A DNA stretch of 55,057 nt. Origin: an uncultured Anaerolineales bacterium. Lineage in GTDB: Bacteria; Chloroflexota; Anaerolineae; Anaerolineales; E44-bin32. Each line of letters opens with the position of its first letter. The stretch's first letter is position 1. Under the pieces are notes generated by a model. It was given only the letters and a program-made list of their open reading frames with translations, did no database searches and was not told the DNA's origin. The position numbers and the translations under genes were made by a program. The stretch covers positions 1 through 55,057 of the forward strand of contig CBFDDM010000003.1 of NCBI GenBank assembly GCA_965603565.1, read 5' to 3'. Shown here one piece after another: positions 18,978 through 28,074 of the stretch.

Positions 18978-19505
18978 TCAGCACTGCGGGCAAGGTCCGA
19001 GCCGGGTAAGGTAAACGCTTCCTTGGGAGAGGGCTAGTCCCACGTGCTCGATCTTGCTGACGATCCAGCCGCATTCGCCATATCTTCCATCACCGGCGAT
19101 CCAATCACTGGGCTCGAATCGGGGGAGAACGGAATACTCGATCAAGTAGACGTAATCATACGTTGCGGACAAATCCAGATCATCGATACTTGCGATCTGT
19201 GTGATCCGATAGTCCCGCAGCCGGTGCGCCGGGCTCGTCTCAGGTCCCAGGTAAGCACCCAGCCAGAGTTCGAATCCATCCCGGATTGCATGTTCAATCG
19301 ACTCGGATCCATCCAATGGTCCTTGCCAACCATGCTCGAGAAGTATCTGAGTGGGTGTAGGATGCAGCTCCGGGGTCGGTGATTTAACAGCCGAGGGGAG
19401 GGATTGGGTGGTGTTGGCGCATGAGGTAAGCGAGAGGACGAGCGCCAAGTTCAATATTACGTGGAATCTGATCACGATTCGCTCCGATAGTTCATCACGG
19501 ACCAC
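18978..19505 (-). CDS. Hypothetical lipoprotein
   Basis: Lipobox-like LTSC, Pro/Thr linker, C-terminal CPQC. Confidence 0.55.
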   Translation of the reverse strand: MVRDELSERIVIRFHVILNLALVLSLTSCANTTQSLPSAVKSPTPELHPTPTQILLEHGWQGPLDGSESIEHAIRDGFELWLGAYLGPETSPAHRLRDYRITQIASIDDLDLSATYDYVYLIEYSVLPRFEPSDWIAGDGRYGECGWIVSKIEHVGLALSQGSVYLTRLGPCPQC

Positions 19506-19509
19506 AATC

Positions 19510-19938
19510 CTAGGGATTGACGGATAGGATCAGTTCTGCCCCGCAGCAGGGCGAAACGTCGAAGCGGTGGACGCCGGGCATAAGCAGGGCGCCAAATGGT
19601 TCGTCGAAGACGTGTTCATCTCCGGGAGCGATTTCCGTTTCAAGGCGCGCAAGTGAAACGAGGAGCCTCTCGTCGCGCATGTTGACGACTCGCAGGTGCT
19701 GATCAGGCCGGACATACGAGCAGCGTGGATCGGGTATATCGGGGTAGATCGTGACGCTGACAAGATCGCCTTCATGCTCGGCGCAGATCCCGGCCGCCGG
19801 CGAACTGGCGACAGGTGTAGCAAGATCGGCAGCCGGAGTATTTGTGGCTGTTTCGCTTACTTGCTCCGCTCTCGGCAAGCAGGCGCTCGTGAACAGTATT
19901 ATGGCGAGGATAAGAATTCGTCGTTTTAGTGATCTCAT
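19510..19938 (-). CDS. Hypothetical lipoprotein
   Basis: Signal peptide with TSAC lipobox, Pro/Thr/Ala linker, beta-rich domain ending SPCCG. Confidence 0.6.
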   Translation of the reverse strand: MRSLKRRILILAIILFTSACLPRAEQVSETATNTPAADLATPVASSPAAGICAEHEGDLVSVTIYPDIPDPRCSYVRPDQHLRVVNMRDERLLVSLARLETEIAPGDEHVFDEPFGALLMPGVHRFDVSPCCGAELILSVNP

Positions 19939-20147
19939 GAGATTAGCGTATCCCGTGATTGTGCCGGCAGTGTTTCCGCTATTTTACAAAATTGTGACAG
20001 GGATCACGAGTGAATAATTCTCTGAGATGACTGGCGTGCTTAAGAGTTCGAGCTTGATCTGTGCATGGTGGCATACTTGGTGAAGAAAACGCATGGCTTA
20101 CACAAGCGAAGAGGTCCAGTCCCCTCTTGTACGACAGCTGCCTGTGT

Positions 20148-20918
20148 TCACTCGGGTTTGCGTGCGATAATGCGAGCGCTGTAGAGCGCCGGCATCCCTT
20201 CTTTTCGCTCGACAATCCCGTCGGCGCGAACTTTGCTTGAGACTTCTAAATCAATGAAGCCGGCTTGTTCCACTAGTTCAAGATACTCATCGAGTTCGAT
20301 CGCGCCGACGATACACGCAGCCCATTGTTCCATGTCATCCTGCAGCGAGGGCGCGAATTGACCTTCCGTGACGATATCGCTGACCGAGAAGCGTCCCCCA
20401 GGTTTTAACACCCTGAAAGCTTCCCGGAAGACAGCCGCTTTATCGGGTGAAAGGTTAATAACGCAGTTCGAGAGGATCACGTCGATGCTGGCGTCCTCGA
20501 CGGGCAAAGCTTCGATTTGTCCAAGCCGGAACTCGACATTCGCGACTCCCATCTTGACCCTGTTTGCGTTGGCGCGTTTGATCATATCCTTGGTCATATC
20601 GACGCCAATCACATGGCCGCCCGGACCGACGCGCGGCGCGGCAAGGAAGCAGTCGATGCCGCCGCCGCTTCCCAGGTCGAGCACCGTCTCCCCGGGCTGC
20701 AAACCGGCGATCGTCACCGGGTCGCCGCAACCGAGCGATAGATTGGTCACGTCACTGGCGATCCCATCAAGAGTTATCGCGTCATAGATATCCGCTGAGC
20801 AATCGCAATCACCACCGGTCTGTGCGTTTTCCGGACCGCAGCACGAGCCAACGCTGCGTGCGATCTCGCCGTAGCGCTGCTTGACCGCATCGTGGATCAG
20901 ATCGTTATCCGTCGTCAT
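20148..20918 (-). CDS. arsM: Arsenite S-adenosylmethionine methyltransferase
   Basis: [46 protein letters not shown]; downstream of arsR. Confidence 0.88.
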   Translation of the reverse strand: MTTDNDLIHDAVKQRYGEIARSVGSCCGPENAQTGGDCDCSADIYDAITLDGIASDVTNLSLGCGDPVTIAGLQPGETVLDLGSGGGIDCFLAAPRVGPGGHVIGVDMTKDMIKRANANRVKMGVANVEFRLGQIEALPVEDASIDVILSNCVINLSPDKAAVFREAFRVLKPGGRFSVSDIVTEGQFAPSLQDDMEQWAACIVGAIELDEYLELVEQAGFIDLEVSSKVRADGIVERKEGMPALYSARIIARKPE

Positions 20919-20930
20919 GGCAACCTCCAA

Positions 20931-20954
20931 ATATATTGATGGTTATCGATATAA
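20931..20954. promoter_or_regulatory. Putative ArsR operator, copy 2 (upstream of arsM)
   Basis: ATATATTGATGGTTATCGATATAA, an imperfect palindrome closely matching the reverse complement of 21283-21306. Confidence 0.6.
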
Positions 20955-20973
20955 GTACTGAAAAAAATACTGC

Positions 20974-21270
20974 TCAGTCTTGCTTGATACGGTGCTCGGG
21001 CGCAAAGCGATCGATGAGTTGGCCACAGCACAGCGCTACCCGTTCTTGATTGAGTGTATAAAAGCGCTGTCTGCCCTCCTGGCGTACGTCTGCTAAACCT
21101 GCTTCGGCAAGCATCTTGAGATGATGGCTCACGGTCGGCTGATTAACACGGTTCTGCAGCTTATCGACGACATCGTTGACGCTCAACCATTGACAGCACA
21201 GATGCTGCATTATCTCCTGTCGAGTTGGATCTGCCACGGCCTTCGCGAAATCGGTCAATCCGGTCTGCAT
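20974..21270 (-). CDS. arsR: ArsR/SmtB family transcriptional repressor
   Basis: KAVADPTRQEI, QPTVSHHLKML..AGL, RQEGRQRFY; two CC pairs. Confidence 0.9.
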   Translation of the reverse strand: MQTGLTDFAKAVADPTRQEIMQHLCCQWLSVNDVVDKLQNRVNQPTVSHHLKMLAEAGLADVRQEGRQRFYTLNQERVALCCGQLIDRFAPEHRIKQD

Positions 21271-21279
21271 GATGCCAAC

Positions 21280-21309
21280 ATTATATATCGATGATCATCA
21301 ATATGTCAA
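21280..21309 (-). promoter_or_regulatory. Sigma70 promoter of arsR with overlapping palindromic operator
   Basis: Minus strand TTGACA (21309-21304)-N18-TATAAT (21285-21280); palindrome ATATATCGATGATCATCAATATGT at 21283-21306. Confidence 0.75.
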
Positions 21310-21405
21310 TCTTCTTAGCACCACGGACAGATAACGTCGTAATATCCACGTAATCCATTTTCGTTATTCTTTCTACCGGTGGACGCTTCAAGAAGAAGGG
21401 GCACG

Positions 21406-21987
21406 ATGGTCATGTACAGAATGAGCTTAATCGTGGGGGTCGTTTTCGCAGTGATCGCCGTTGGATGTTCAACGTACAAGCAGGTTAATGAAGGAACGGA
21501 TTTGCAAAGCAATCTGAATGGATTAGAGCCAGCGGACTTTGAGCTGCACGATCTGGGCGCTGCTCCCGAATTGAAAAACGAGATCTGGCTCAATACGCCC
21601 GAGCCGCTCCGGTTAGCAGAGTTACGCGGCAGGGTCGTACTGCTGGAATTCTGGACCTTCGGTTGAATTAACTGCAAGCGCGTGATCCCCTCGTTGAGGG
21701 GATGGCATGAGAACTACCAAGACGAGGGTCTGGTCGTCATCGGTGTACATTATCCGGAATTCGAGTACGAGCGCGATCTGGAAAATCTTAAAGAGGCTGT
21801 TGTTCGGTTGGATGTTCCTTATCCGGTCGTGCAGGATAACGACCGCCAGATATGGGGAGTGTACAATGTGCGCTTCTGGCCGACGATGTTCCTGATCGAT
21901 AAGCGGGGCAGGATCCGCTACACACACATCGGCGAGGGGCGATACAATGTCATTGAAGGCGTCATCCGGTCACTCCTGGCAGAGTGA
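21406..21987 (+). CDS. Selenocysteine-containing TlpA/DipZ-like redoxin lipoprotein (UxxC; UGA at 21664-21666)
   Basis: ORFs 21379-21666 and 21682-21987 are in the same frame: VVLLEFWTFG-TGA-INCKRVIP...VIGVHYPEF...WPTMFLIDKRG..HIGEG; lipobox AVGC. Confidence 0.9.
21685..21703 (+). promoter_or_regulatory. Candidate bacterial SECIS hairpin
   Basis: ATCCCCTC-GTT-GAGGGGAT, a perfect 8 bp stem with a G-first loop starting 18 nt after the UGA. Confidence 0.7.
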
Positions 21988-22013
21988 ACTCCTATTAAGG
22001 TTGCAGATACGTT

Positions 22014-22967
22014 ATGAAGATCCACACTGATGAAATCACTCCCGAACACATCTACCGCTCACGGCGGGCGTTCCTGAAAGCTGCCGGTTTCGTAGGCGCG
22101 GGCTCGATCCTGCTGGCAGCCTGCCGCGGTGACGAGCAGCCCGCTGCAGCAGATCTTCCGTCGCCAACTGCCACGCCTCCCGGCACGACGCCCAGTGTGG
22201 TCAGTGACGAACTCGGTGATGTGTTGACTCCCTACGAAGACGTGACCGGGATCAACAATTTCTATGAATTCACCACAAACAAGACGCGCGTAAAAGAACT
22301 GGCGGAGGATTTTCCAACCTCGCCGTGGACCATCGAGATCGGTGGTTTAGTGCGAAACCCGGTCAATTTATCGATAGATGGTTTCGATGAATTTGGGCTT
22401 CAAGAGCGCATCTACCGCATGCGCTGCGTGGAGGGCTGGTCGATGGTCATCCCGTGGAATGGGTTTGAATTATCGCGTCTTTTAGCTCTTGTAGAGCCGA
22501 CCGAACAGGCACGCTACGTTCGTTTCGAAACTGCGGTGGATTTCGACCAAATGCCCGGCCTGACCCGCTATCCATACCCCTGGCCGTATATTGAAGGTCT
22601 GCGCTTGGACGAAGCCCGCCATCCATTGACGGTCCTCGCCACGGGTGTCTACGGCAGCGAACTCCCGCCGCAGAGCGGAGGACCGATTCGCCTGGTTGTG
22701 CCCTGGAAGTATGGCTTTAAGAGCATCAAGTCGATCGTCAAAATCGATCTGGTGGAGGAACAGCCGCTGACCTTTTGGTCGGCGGTCGCACCCAACGAGT
22801 ATGGTTTCTACGCCAACGTCAATCCGCAGGTCGATCACCCGCGCTGGTCGCAGGCTACCGAACTGAGGGTAGGCGAATCCGCACGCCGGCCGACACTATT
22901 ATTCAATGGATATGAAGATCAGGTCGCCTCGCTTTACGAGGGCATGGACCTGCGCGAAAACTTCTAA
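22014..22967 (+). CDS. msrP: Protein-methionine-sulfoxide reductase catalytic subunit MsrP (molybdoenzyme)
   Basis: EITPE, Tat [49 protein letters not shown]. Confidence 0.95.
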   Translation: MKIHTDEITPEHIYRSRRAFLKAAGFVGAGSILLAACRGDEQPAAADLPSPTATPPGTTPSVVSDELGDVLTPYEDVTGINNFYEFTTNKTRVKELAEDFPTSPWTIEIGGLVRNPVNLSIDGFDEFGLQERIYRMRCVEGWSMVIPWNGFELSRLLALVEPTEQARYVRFETAVDFDQMPGLTRYPYPWPYIEGLRLDEARHPLTVLATGVYGSELPPQSGGPIRLVVPWKYGFKSIKSIVKIDLVEEQPLTFWSAVAPNEYGFYANVNPQVDHPRWSQATELRVGESARRPTLLFNGYEDQVASLYEGMDLRENF

Positions 22968-23004
22968 CTTTTACATCTCGCCAACTCAATATGTGGAGTG
23001 AGTT

Positions 23005-24144
23005 ATGGTCATGAAGCCGCGTGAGCGTGTGCGCGCAGCGCTCAATCACGAAGCGACGGATCGGGTGCCGATCGTGCTGGGGGTGAGCAATGCCACAAGC
23101 CTGCAGATGGGCGCTTACCACAGACTGAGAGAGTATCTCGATCTCGATCTGCCCGATCGCTATCTGTATGATTGGCCCGAACTGGGCACAGCTGCGATCG
23201 ACGAGATCGTGCTTCAGCGGCTGCACAGCGATGTGCGCGGCGTGCTGGACCGGCATCCCGAATCGACGCTGCGCGCCAACGCCGACCGTGGCCCCGGGGA
23301 ACCATTTGTCGACTCCTGGGGGATCGGTCAGATTGAGCTTGAACCGGGCATGTGGTTTCCCGCCATCCACCCGTTAAAGGATGCCAGGTCAATCGGGGAT
23401 CTCGAGCGCTATCAGGGATGGCCGGATATGAACGACCCCACGCGCGTCGCTCACGTCGCCGAAGAAGCCCGCCGGCTGGCGGAAGAGGACGAGTACGCCA
23501 TCATGGCGACGCCCTGGCTGCTCTTCCCGTTTGAGCGCGCCATCCAGATGCAGGGCATGGAACCCTTCTTGCTGAACATGATCGAGCGGCCGGAGTTTGC
23601 CAGAGCGCTGTTAGAGAAGTGCGCCGCGTTATGCAAGCAGTTGATGGCGCATTTCTTACGAGAACTCGGTGAAAACGTCGATATCATCAAGATCGGGGAT
23701 GACCTGGGCACGACAGCGGGCTTATTAATCTCGCCGAAAATGTACCGCGAGTTTCTCAAGCCGGTGCACGCTGATTACATCGCGTTCATTAAGGAACGCA
23801 CCCGGGCGAAGGTGTTCTTCCATACGGACGGCGATGTGTACCCGCTGCTTCATGATTTCATCGAGGTCGGCGTCGATATCCTGAACCCGATCCAACCGGT
23901 GGGCGAGATGGCTGATTTTGAGCGCCTGAATGGCCGTTTTGGTAATGCTGTGGTCTTCTGTGGCGGAGTCGATACGGCCCACGTGCTGCGGTCAGCGAGC
24001 CCTGATGAGGTTCGGGAGGAAACGCGGCGGGTCATCGAGACATTGGGCAAGAACAGCGGCTTTTTGCTCTCCTCGGTCCATACGATCACGCACAACGTGC
24101 CGCCGGCGAACGTGCTGGCGATGGTGGACGAAGCGGTGAAATAG
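23005..24144 (+). CDS. Uroporphyrinogen decarboxylase (UroD/MtaA-CmuA) superfamily protein
   Basis: PRERV..ALNHE..DRVP, DSWG, GDDLG, LISP, FFHTDG, ILNPIQ, FCGGVD. Confidence 0.8.
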   Translation: MVMKPRERVRAALNHEATDRVPIVLGVSNATSLQMGAYHRLREYLDLDLPDRYLYDWPELGTAAIDEIVLQRLHSDVRGVLDRHPESTLRANADRGPGEPFVDSWGIGQIELEPGMWFPAIHPLKDARSIGDLERYQGWPDMNDPTRVAHVAEEARRLAEEDEYAIMATPWLLFPFERAIQMQGMEPFLLNMIERPEFARALLEKCAALCKQLMAHFLRELGENVDIIKIGDDLGTTAGLLISPKMYREFLKPVHADYIAFIKERTRAKVFFHTDGDVYPLLHDFIEVGVDILNPIQPVGEMADFERLNGRFGNAVVFCGGVDTAHVLRSASPDEVREETRRVIETLGKNSGFLLSSVHTITHNVPPANVLAMVDEAVK

Positions 24145-24146
24145 AC

Positions 24147-24197
24147 AATCCCCGGCACTGTGCCAGTGCCGGGGACTGGTGCCGCGAGTGGTTATTC
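24147..24197. repeat. 51 bp palindromic repeat, copy 1 (likely bidirectional terminator/REP-like)
   Basis: 12 bp stem TCCCCGGCACTG-TGC-CAGTGCCGGGGA; 47/51 identical to 49664-49714. Confidence 0.8.
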
Positions 24198-24287
24198 CTC
24201 GCCGGGGATTTTTGACAATTGTTTTTTATCCACGATTGAGAACTCGGTGCGGGTGATGTCGATCACCTCTTGATCGGTAAAACAGCG
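24192..24287 (-). pseudogene. Remnant C-terminus of another Crp/Fnr gene
   Basis: In frame after the TAG of 24288-24992: RCFTDQEVIDITRTEFSIVDKKQLSKIPGEE*, similar to RFADDQLIHITRTEFTLMDKDQLSQL of 30077-30793. Confidence 0.7.
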
Positions 24288-24992
24288 CTATTCATCCCTT
24301 TGTATTGCGAGCTTCTCGAGCGCCTCCCAATCATTAAGAGAGATGCTGGTCCGGTTGATCTTTAAGATGCCCTGAGATTGAAATTCGTGGAGGATGCGAC
24401 ATACCACGACCGGGGAGGTTGAAACGATGGAGGCCATCTCGTCGAGGGTCAGATCGCGGGTGATGGTGCCGCTTTCCGCAGAGCCAAAGGATTCGATGAT
24501 AAATTTGGCCAGGCGCCCGGCTACGGTGGCGAACGCAAGGTCGTGGATCTTCTGCCTCCTCTTGCGGATGAGCTGCGTTTGGCGGCGCAGCAAGGCGCGC
24601 ACGGCCGGTGGGCTGTCGAGCAGGTAATTGATCAGGAGCTCACCCTCCCAGATATATACGACCGATTCCTTGAGTGCTTCCATTGTGGAGGGCATCGGTT
24701 CCTCATCCAGCAAGCTATGACTCCAGAATACCTCGCCAGGATCCCAGGTAGACACAGTATGAGCCTGACCGTCGAAGGATGTAATCACCGAACGCAGCAG
24801 GCCGCGGTGCAGGTAGAAAACGAATCGCCAATTGTCGCCCTGACGAAAAAGCACCTCGCCTTTCTGGTACACCCTGCGGTGTGCCTGGTCCGCGATCTGC
24901 GATTGCACTTTTTGCGGGAACGCGCCGAGCACCTCCATCCCGGGTAAAAGTTTGAGCAAGGGTTGTCCAGAAGCCATTGTGAAAACACTCAC
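24288..24992 (-). CDS. Crp/Fnr family transcriptional regulator
   Basis: cNMP-like domain (LFRQGD...PGEVF), RLAKF, HTH LTLDEMASIVSTSPVVVCRIL. Confidence 0.88.
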   Translation of the reverse strand: MSVFTMASGQPLLKLLPGMEVLGAFPQKVQSQIADQAHRRVYQKGEVLFRQGDNWRFVFYLHRGLLRSVITSFDGQAHTVSTWDPGEVFWSHSLLDEEPMPSTMEALKESVVYIWEGELLINYLLDSPPAVRALLRRQTQLIRKRRQKIHDLAFATVAGRLAKFIIESFGSAESGTITRDLTLDEMASIVSTSPVVVCRILHEFQSQGILKINRTSISLNDWEALEKLAIQRDE

Positions 24993-24996
24993 TAAT

Positions 24997-25038
24997 TTAA
25001 CAAAAGTTAAGAGGGCGTGGCCGGATTTTCAGTATAGT
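24997..25038 (+). promoter_or_regulatory. Class II Crp/Fnr-type promoter
   Basis: TTAAC-AAAA-GTTAA (24997-25010) and -10 TATAGT at 25033. Confidence 0.6.
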
Positions 25039-25094
25039 CAATCAAAGCTTGATTGTCACACACATTTCATCATCTTCATCGGGAGGATAGATCT

Positions 25095-25991
25095 ATGTTA
25101 CCAACAACAACTCGTCAAGTGCGGCTAGCCGTCATCACGGTCGTCGTCATCGCGGCCGTTCTGATGATCGCACTGGTACCGTTCCTGGGCTTCGACATGG
25201 TCAACCCGATTGTCGAGGGCCAACTGGCGCGCATCGATAAATTTGTCGCCGAAGGGAATCCGCAGGCTCCATTGTTGAAGTTGACACCGTGGCTGGTGAG
25301 CTTCTTCTACCCCTTCTGGAGCGTGATGACCATGATCGCCGGCCTGGTACTGCTCGTCATCGCCAAGGATCTTTACAGCGGGGAAGGAAAATTCAGAGGC
25401 CTGGCTCTGCTTTGTCTGTCGGTGCCTGCCATGGGTGGGGCGTATATGATCGTGCCGTGGATGAACTTTGTGGGCAGCGTGCAGGGCGGCTTTCCGCCAG
25501 CGGTGATCATCATGACCATCGGCCTCGTGCCCTACTTCACGCTGCTTCTAGCCGAGCGTGGGGATGGGACGCAGAAGCTGGCTGATTTCTTCGTGTTCTT
25601 GATGCTGGGCGTGTCTTCGGCGGAATCCTTTGCGAACGGGCACGCTGCCTTCCGGATTCTCTACGGACACCCGCAGCGTCCGCTCTTCGCAGAAGGGATC
25701 GGGATCACCTACCTGGGCTGGCTCGGTCTGTGGGTGGGCTGCAGTCTCACCATCGCAGCGATCTACTTGCTCGGCGAGCGCCGGCTTTCGGGTTGGTACG
25801 CCGGCATGATCGGCGGCGTAGTTACGGCCGTGGTAAGCGCCTCGATCCATTATGTCCGTCACGCGACGTTGGATTATCTCTATGGCTCGCTGATGGGCTT
25901 GAGCATCGTGATCCTACTTGTGATCCCGGTTGTCAAGAGGCGTCTTTTGAACGAGTACGAAGAAGCTCCAAAGGCGGCGCAGCAGGTCTAA
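25095..25991 (+). CDS. Uncharacterised ~8-TM membrane protein (paralogue A)
   Basis: GGGAGG RBS; hydrophobic; YPFW, VPAMGG, DYLYG motifs shared with 27021-27887. Confidence 0.75.
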   Translation: MLPTTTRQVRLAVITVVVIAAVLMIALVPFLGFDMVNPIVEGQLARIDKFVAEGNPQAPLLKLTPWLVSFFYPFWSVMTMIAGLVLLVIAKDLYSGEGKFRGLALLCLSVPAMGGAYMIVPWMNFVGSVQGGFPPAVIIMTIGLVPYFTLLLAERGDGTQKLADFFVFLMLGVSSAESFANGHAAFRILYGHPQRPLFAEGIGITYLGWLGLWVGCSLTIAAIYLLGERRLSGWYAGMIGGVVTAVVSASIHYVRHATLDYLYGSLMGLSIVILLVIPVVKRRLLNEYEEAPKAAQQV

Positions 25992-26191
25992 ATAGGCGCG
26001 ACGGTTGGGAAGAAATGCAAATTATCTCGAACTGGACCTTAGTTCAGGCTGGGCGGCCTCCAATCTGGGCCGCCCAGCAAGCATAGCTCCAAGACAGAAA
26101 TCCCTGTGTTTTCCAATTGATCTACCACGACTTGCCTTCACTGCGTGCGGAATTCTCGGTCAGGATAGAGTGCATTGCGGACGAAGCTGCC

Positions 26192-26815
26192 ATGAAAAGC
26201 CAAAAGCCATATACCCACCGATCCAGGTTTGCTGAGCGTGTACTTGCTCTTTCAACTGCACTGCTGGCGGCCTATCAGATTGCGATAGGTATCGAAGGTC
26301 GTGGACAATTGCCTGTGGCGTTGTACACGCTCGCATTCGGTTTGATCCTCATCAATGCCCTCCTGTGGATTGTGCTGGAGAATGAATTCATCGAGATGCG
26401 CGCCATCCATGCTTTCTGCGCGATTGTGCCCCTGTCTTTAACGTTGGGGCTTTCCTTCGAATACCAAACAGCGTATTGGCCTCTCTACCTGATCCTGTGG
26501 ATGATCGCCCTCATGGGAGCGCTACTGACAGCTTCCCGGATTCCTTCTGCTGCTACGGGCGGTTTGGCGTTGGTCTATGCTGTGAGCGGAGCGATGATGG
26601 TGATTCTTCCGGTTGCAGAAAGCCTGCGCGGTTTGGCACCTCGGCGTATCCTCTGGGTCGCTTGCGCAGGGGCGATCCTGATGTTTGAAGGGCTGCGGAT
26701 GTCATGCCGCCTATGTATAAGAGGATTAGAAGAAACCAAAGCGATCAACATGCGTTCCTACCTGCGGCTCGCATTCTTAATTTCGGCGACAACCACCCTG
26801 GGTTTCGCGGCTTGA
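26192..26815 (+). CDS. Hypothetical membrane protein
   Basis: About 6 hydrophobic segments; start uncertain. Confidence 0.55.
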   Translation: MKSQKPYTHRSRFAERVLALSTALLAAYQIAIGIEGRGQLPVALYTLAFGLILINALLWIVLENEFIEMRAIHAFCAIVPLSLTLGLSFEYQTAYWPLYLILWMIALMGALLTASRIPSAATGGLALVYAVSGAMMVILPVAESLRGLAPRRILWVACAGAILMFEGLRMSCRLCIRGLEETKAINMRSYLRLAFLISATTTLGFAA

Positions 26816-26934
26816 TCTTTTTCCTCAGGCTGAGTGTACCTGAACCTGAATACAAACTCTTGCAGTATTGACCTGCATCGAAGCGAGCAGCTGCATCCCT
26901 GAGACACATTGCATTAGCTAGATCATCCTTTGTT

Positions 26935-26983
26935 TTGCGTTAAGGCAAAGATTTCCTGCGCGTTATATGTGATGATCTTCACA
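26935..26983 (+). promoter_or_regulatory. Fnr-like box followed by a TGTGA-N6-TCACA box
   Basis: TTGCG-TTAA-GGCAA (26935-26948; same 18-mer recurs at 30880) and TGTGA-TGATCT-TCACA (26968-26983). Confidence 0.55.
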
Positions 26984-27020
26984 AATTATTGCCAGGAAAC
27001 TGCTTATTAAAGGAGACATC

Positions 27021-27887
27021 ATGCAGGAGACTTCTCAGAGGAATCGCACAATCATGGCGGTCATCGCTGTGATTGTTGGTTTGTTGATGACCGGGGTGAT
27101 CCCGTTTATCGTGCAGACCTCGCTAGAAAGGGTATTGCGCGGACTGATTGAGCATATTGACGCAGGCAACCCGACCTTCGCCAGCGGGGTACCGCTGTTC
27201 GACATCCTTTATCCGGCCTGGCGAGCGCTGATCTTCGTCGCAGGTTCGACGCTGATCGTGATCTCGGGAGCGATCCGCAAGGGGGAAGAGTGGACCTACC
27301 CCCTGGCGGTGACGCTTTTCGCGGTGCCCTCAGTCGGCGGGATGTTCATGTTCCTGCCCTATATCAGCTGGGTCGATGGGTTTCCGATCCCGATGATCAT
27401 TTCGGCGTTTGGTCTGATAGGCTTCTGGAGCTTCATCCTGCTGCGGTCAGCACCGAAGCTGACCAAGCTGGCACGCTTTGGAGCGCTCACCTTTATCGGC
27501 ATGCTCTGCACTCACTCATTCACGATCGGCGTCGGCGCAGTGCGCACGATGGCCACCCGACCGGGCAAACCGTTTTACCCCGATTTCACCTGGTGGCTGT
27601 TCAACTGGGTCGGTCAGGTCAACTGGGTGGCTTTCATCCCGCTATTTCTCTCCATCCCGCTGCTCGCGGTAGGCCGGCGCAGGGGTTGGTGGCAGGCTGT
27701 TATTGCCGCTGTGGCGATCCTGATGATCGATGTGCCGACGCAGTTCTTCCGCACGAAGACCTACGATTACCTGTACGGCGCGCTTCTGGCGCTGGGCGTG
27801 CTTGTGTTCATGCTCGTCCCCTATCTCAAGCGTCACCTCATGGGAGAGGGCCAGCCAGAAGAACAGGCGACCGAACCTGTTGGCTGA
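27021..27887 (+). CDS. Uncharacterised ~8-TM membrane protein (paralogue B)
   Basis: AAGGAG RBS; YPAW, VPSVGG, DYLYG; clearly alignable to 25095-25991. Confidence 0.78.
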   Translation: MQETSQRNRTIMAVIAVIVGLLMTGVIPFIVQTSLERVLRGLIEHIDAGNPTFASGVPLFDILYPAWRALIFVAGSTLIVISGAIRKGEEWTYPLAVTLFAVPSVGGMFMFLPYISWVDGFPIPMIISAFGLIGFWSFILLRSAPKLTKLARFGALTFIGMLCTHSFTIGVGAVRTMATRPGKPFYPDFTWWLFNWVGQVNWVAFIPLFLSIPLLAVGRRRGWWQAVIAAVAILMIDVPTQFFRTKTYDYLYGALLALGVLVFMLVPYLKRHLMGEGQPEEQATEPVG

Positions 27888-27897
27888 ACGGGCGTCT

Positions 27898-28074
27898 ATG
27901 CGATGTGTGAGGATTAATCCAAGCTGGTATCCGGCAATCATCCTGGGCACATTCACGCTCTTCCTCGTGCTCGGTTTAGCGATCGGTTTCCGTCCCGGTC
28001 ATGGTGATGCAGAGCGGCGCGGAGGAGGGCGGTCGATGCTCGAACCGCAGATTGTCCGGGTTGTGCTGGCATGA
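27898..28074 (+). CDS. Small single-TM protein
   Basis: WYPAIILGTFTLFLVLGLAIG; ATGA overlap with the next gene; start uncertain. Confidence 0.4.
   Translation: MRCVRINPSWYPAIILGTFTLFLVLGLAIGFRPGHGDAERRGGGRSMLEPQIVRVVLA

Noticed and set aside
24288-24290. Pyrrolysine read-through of the Crp amber codon
   Set aside because: The gene already ends at a normal Crp length, and the downstream peptide duplicates the C-terminus, which fits a remnant
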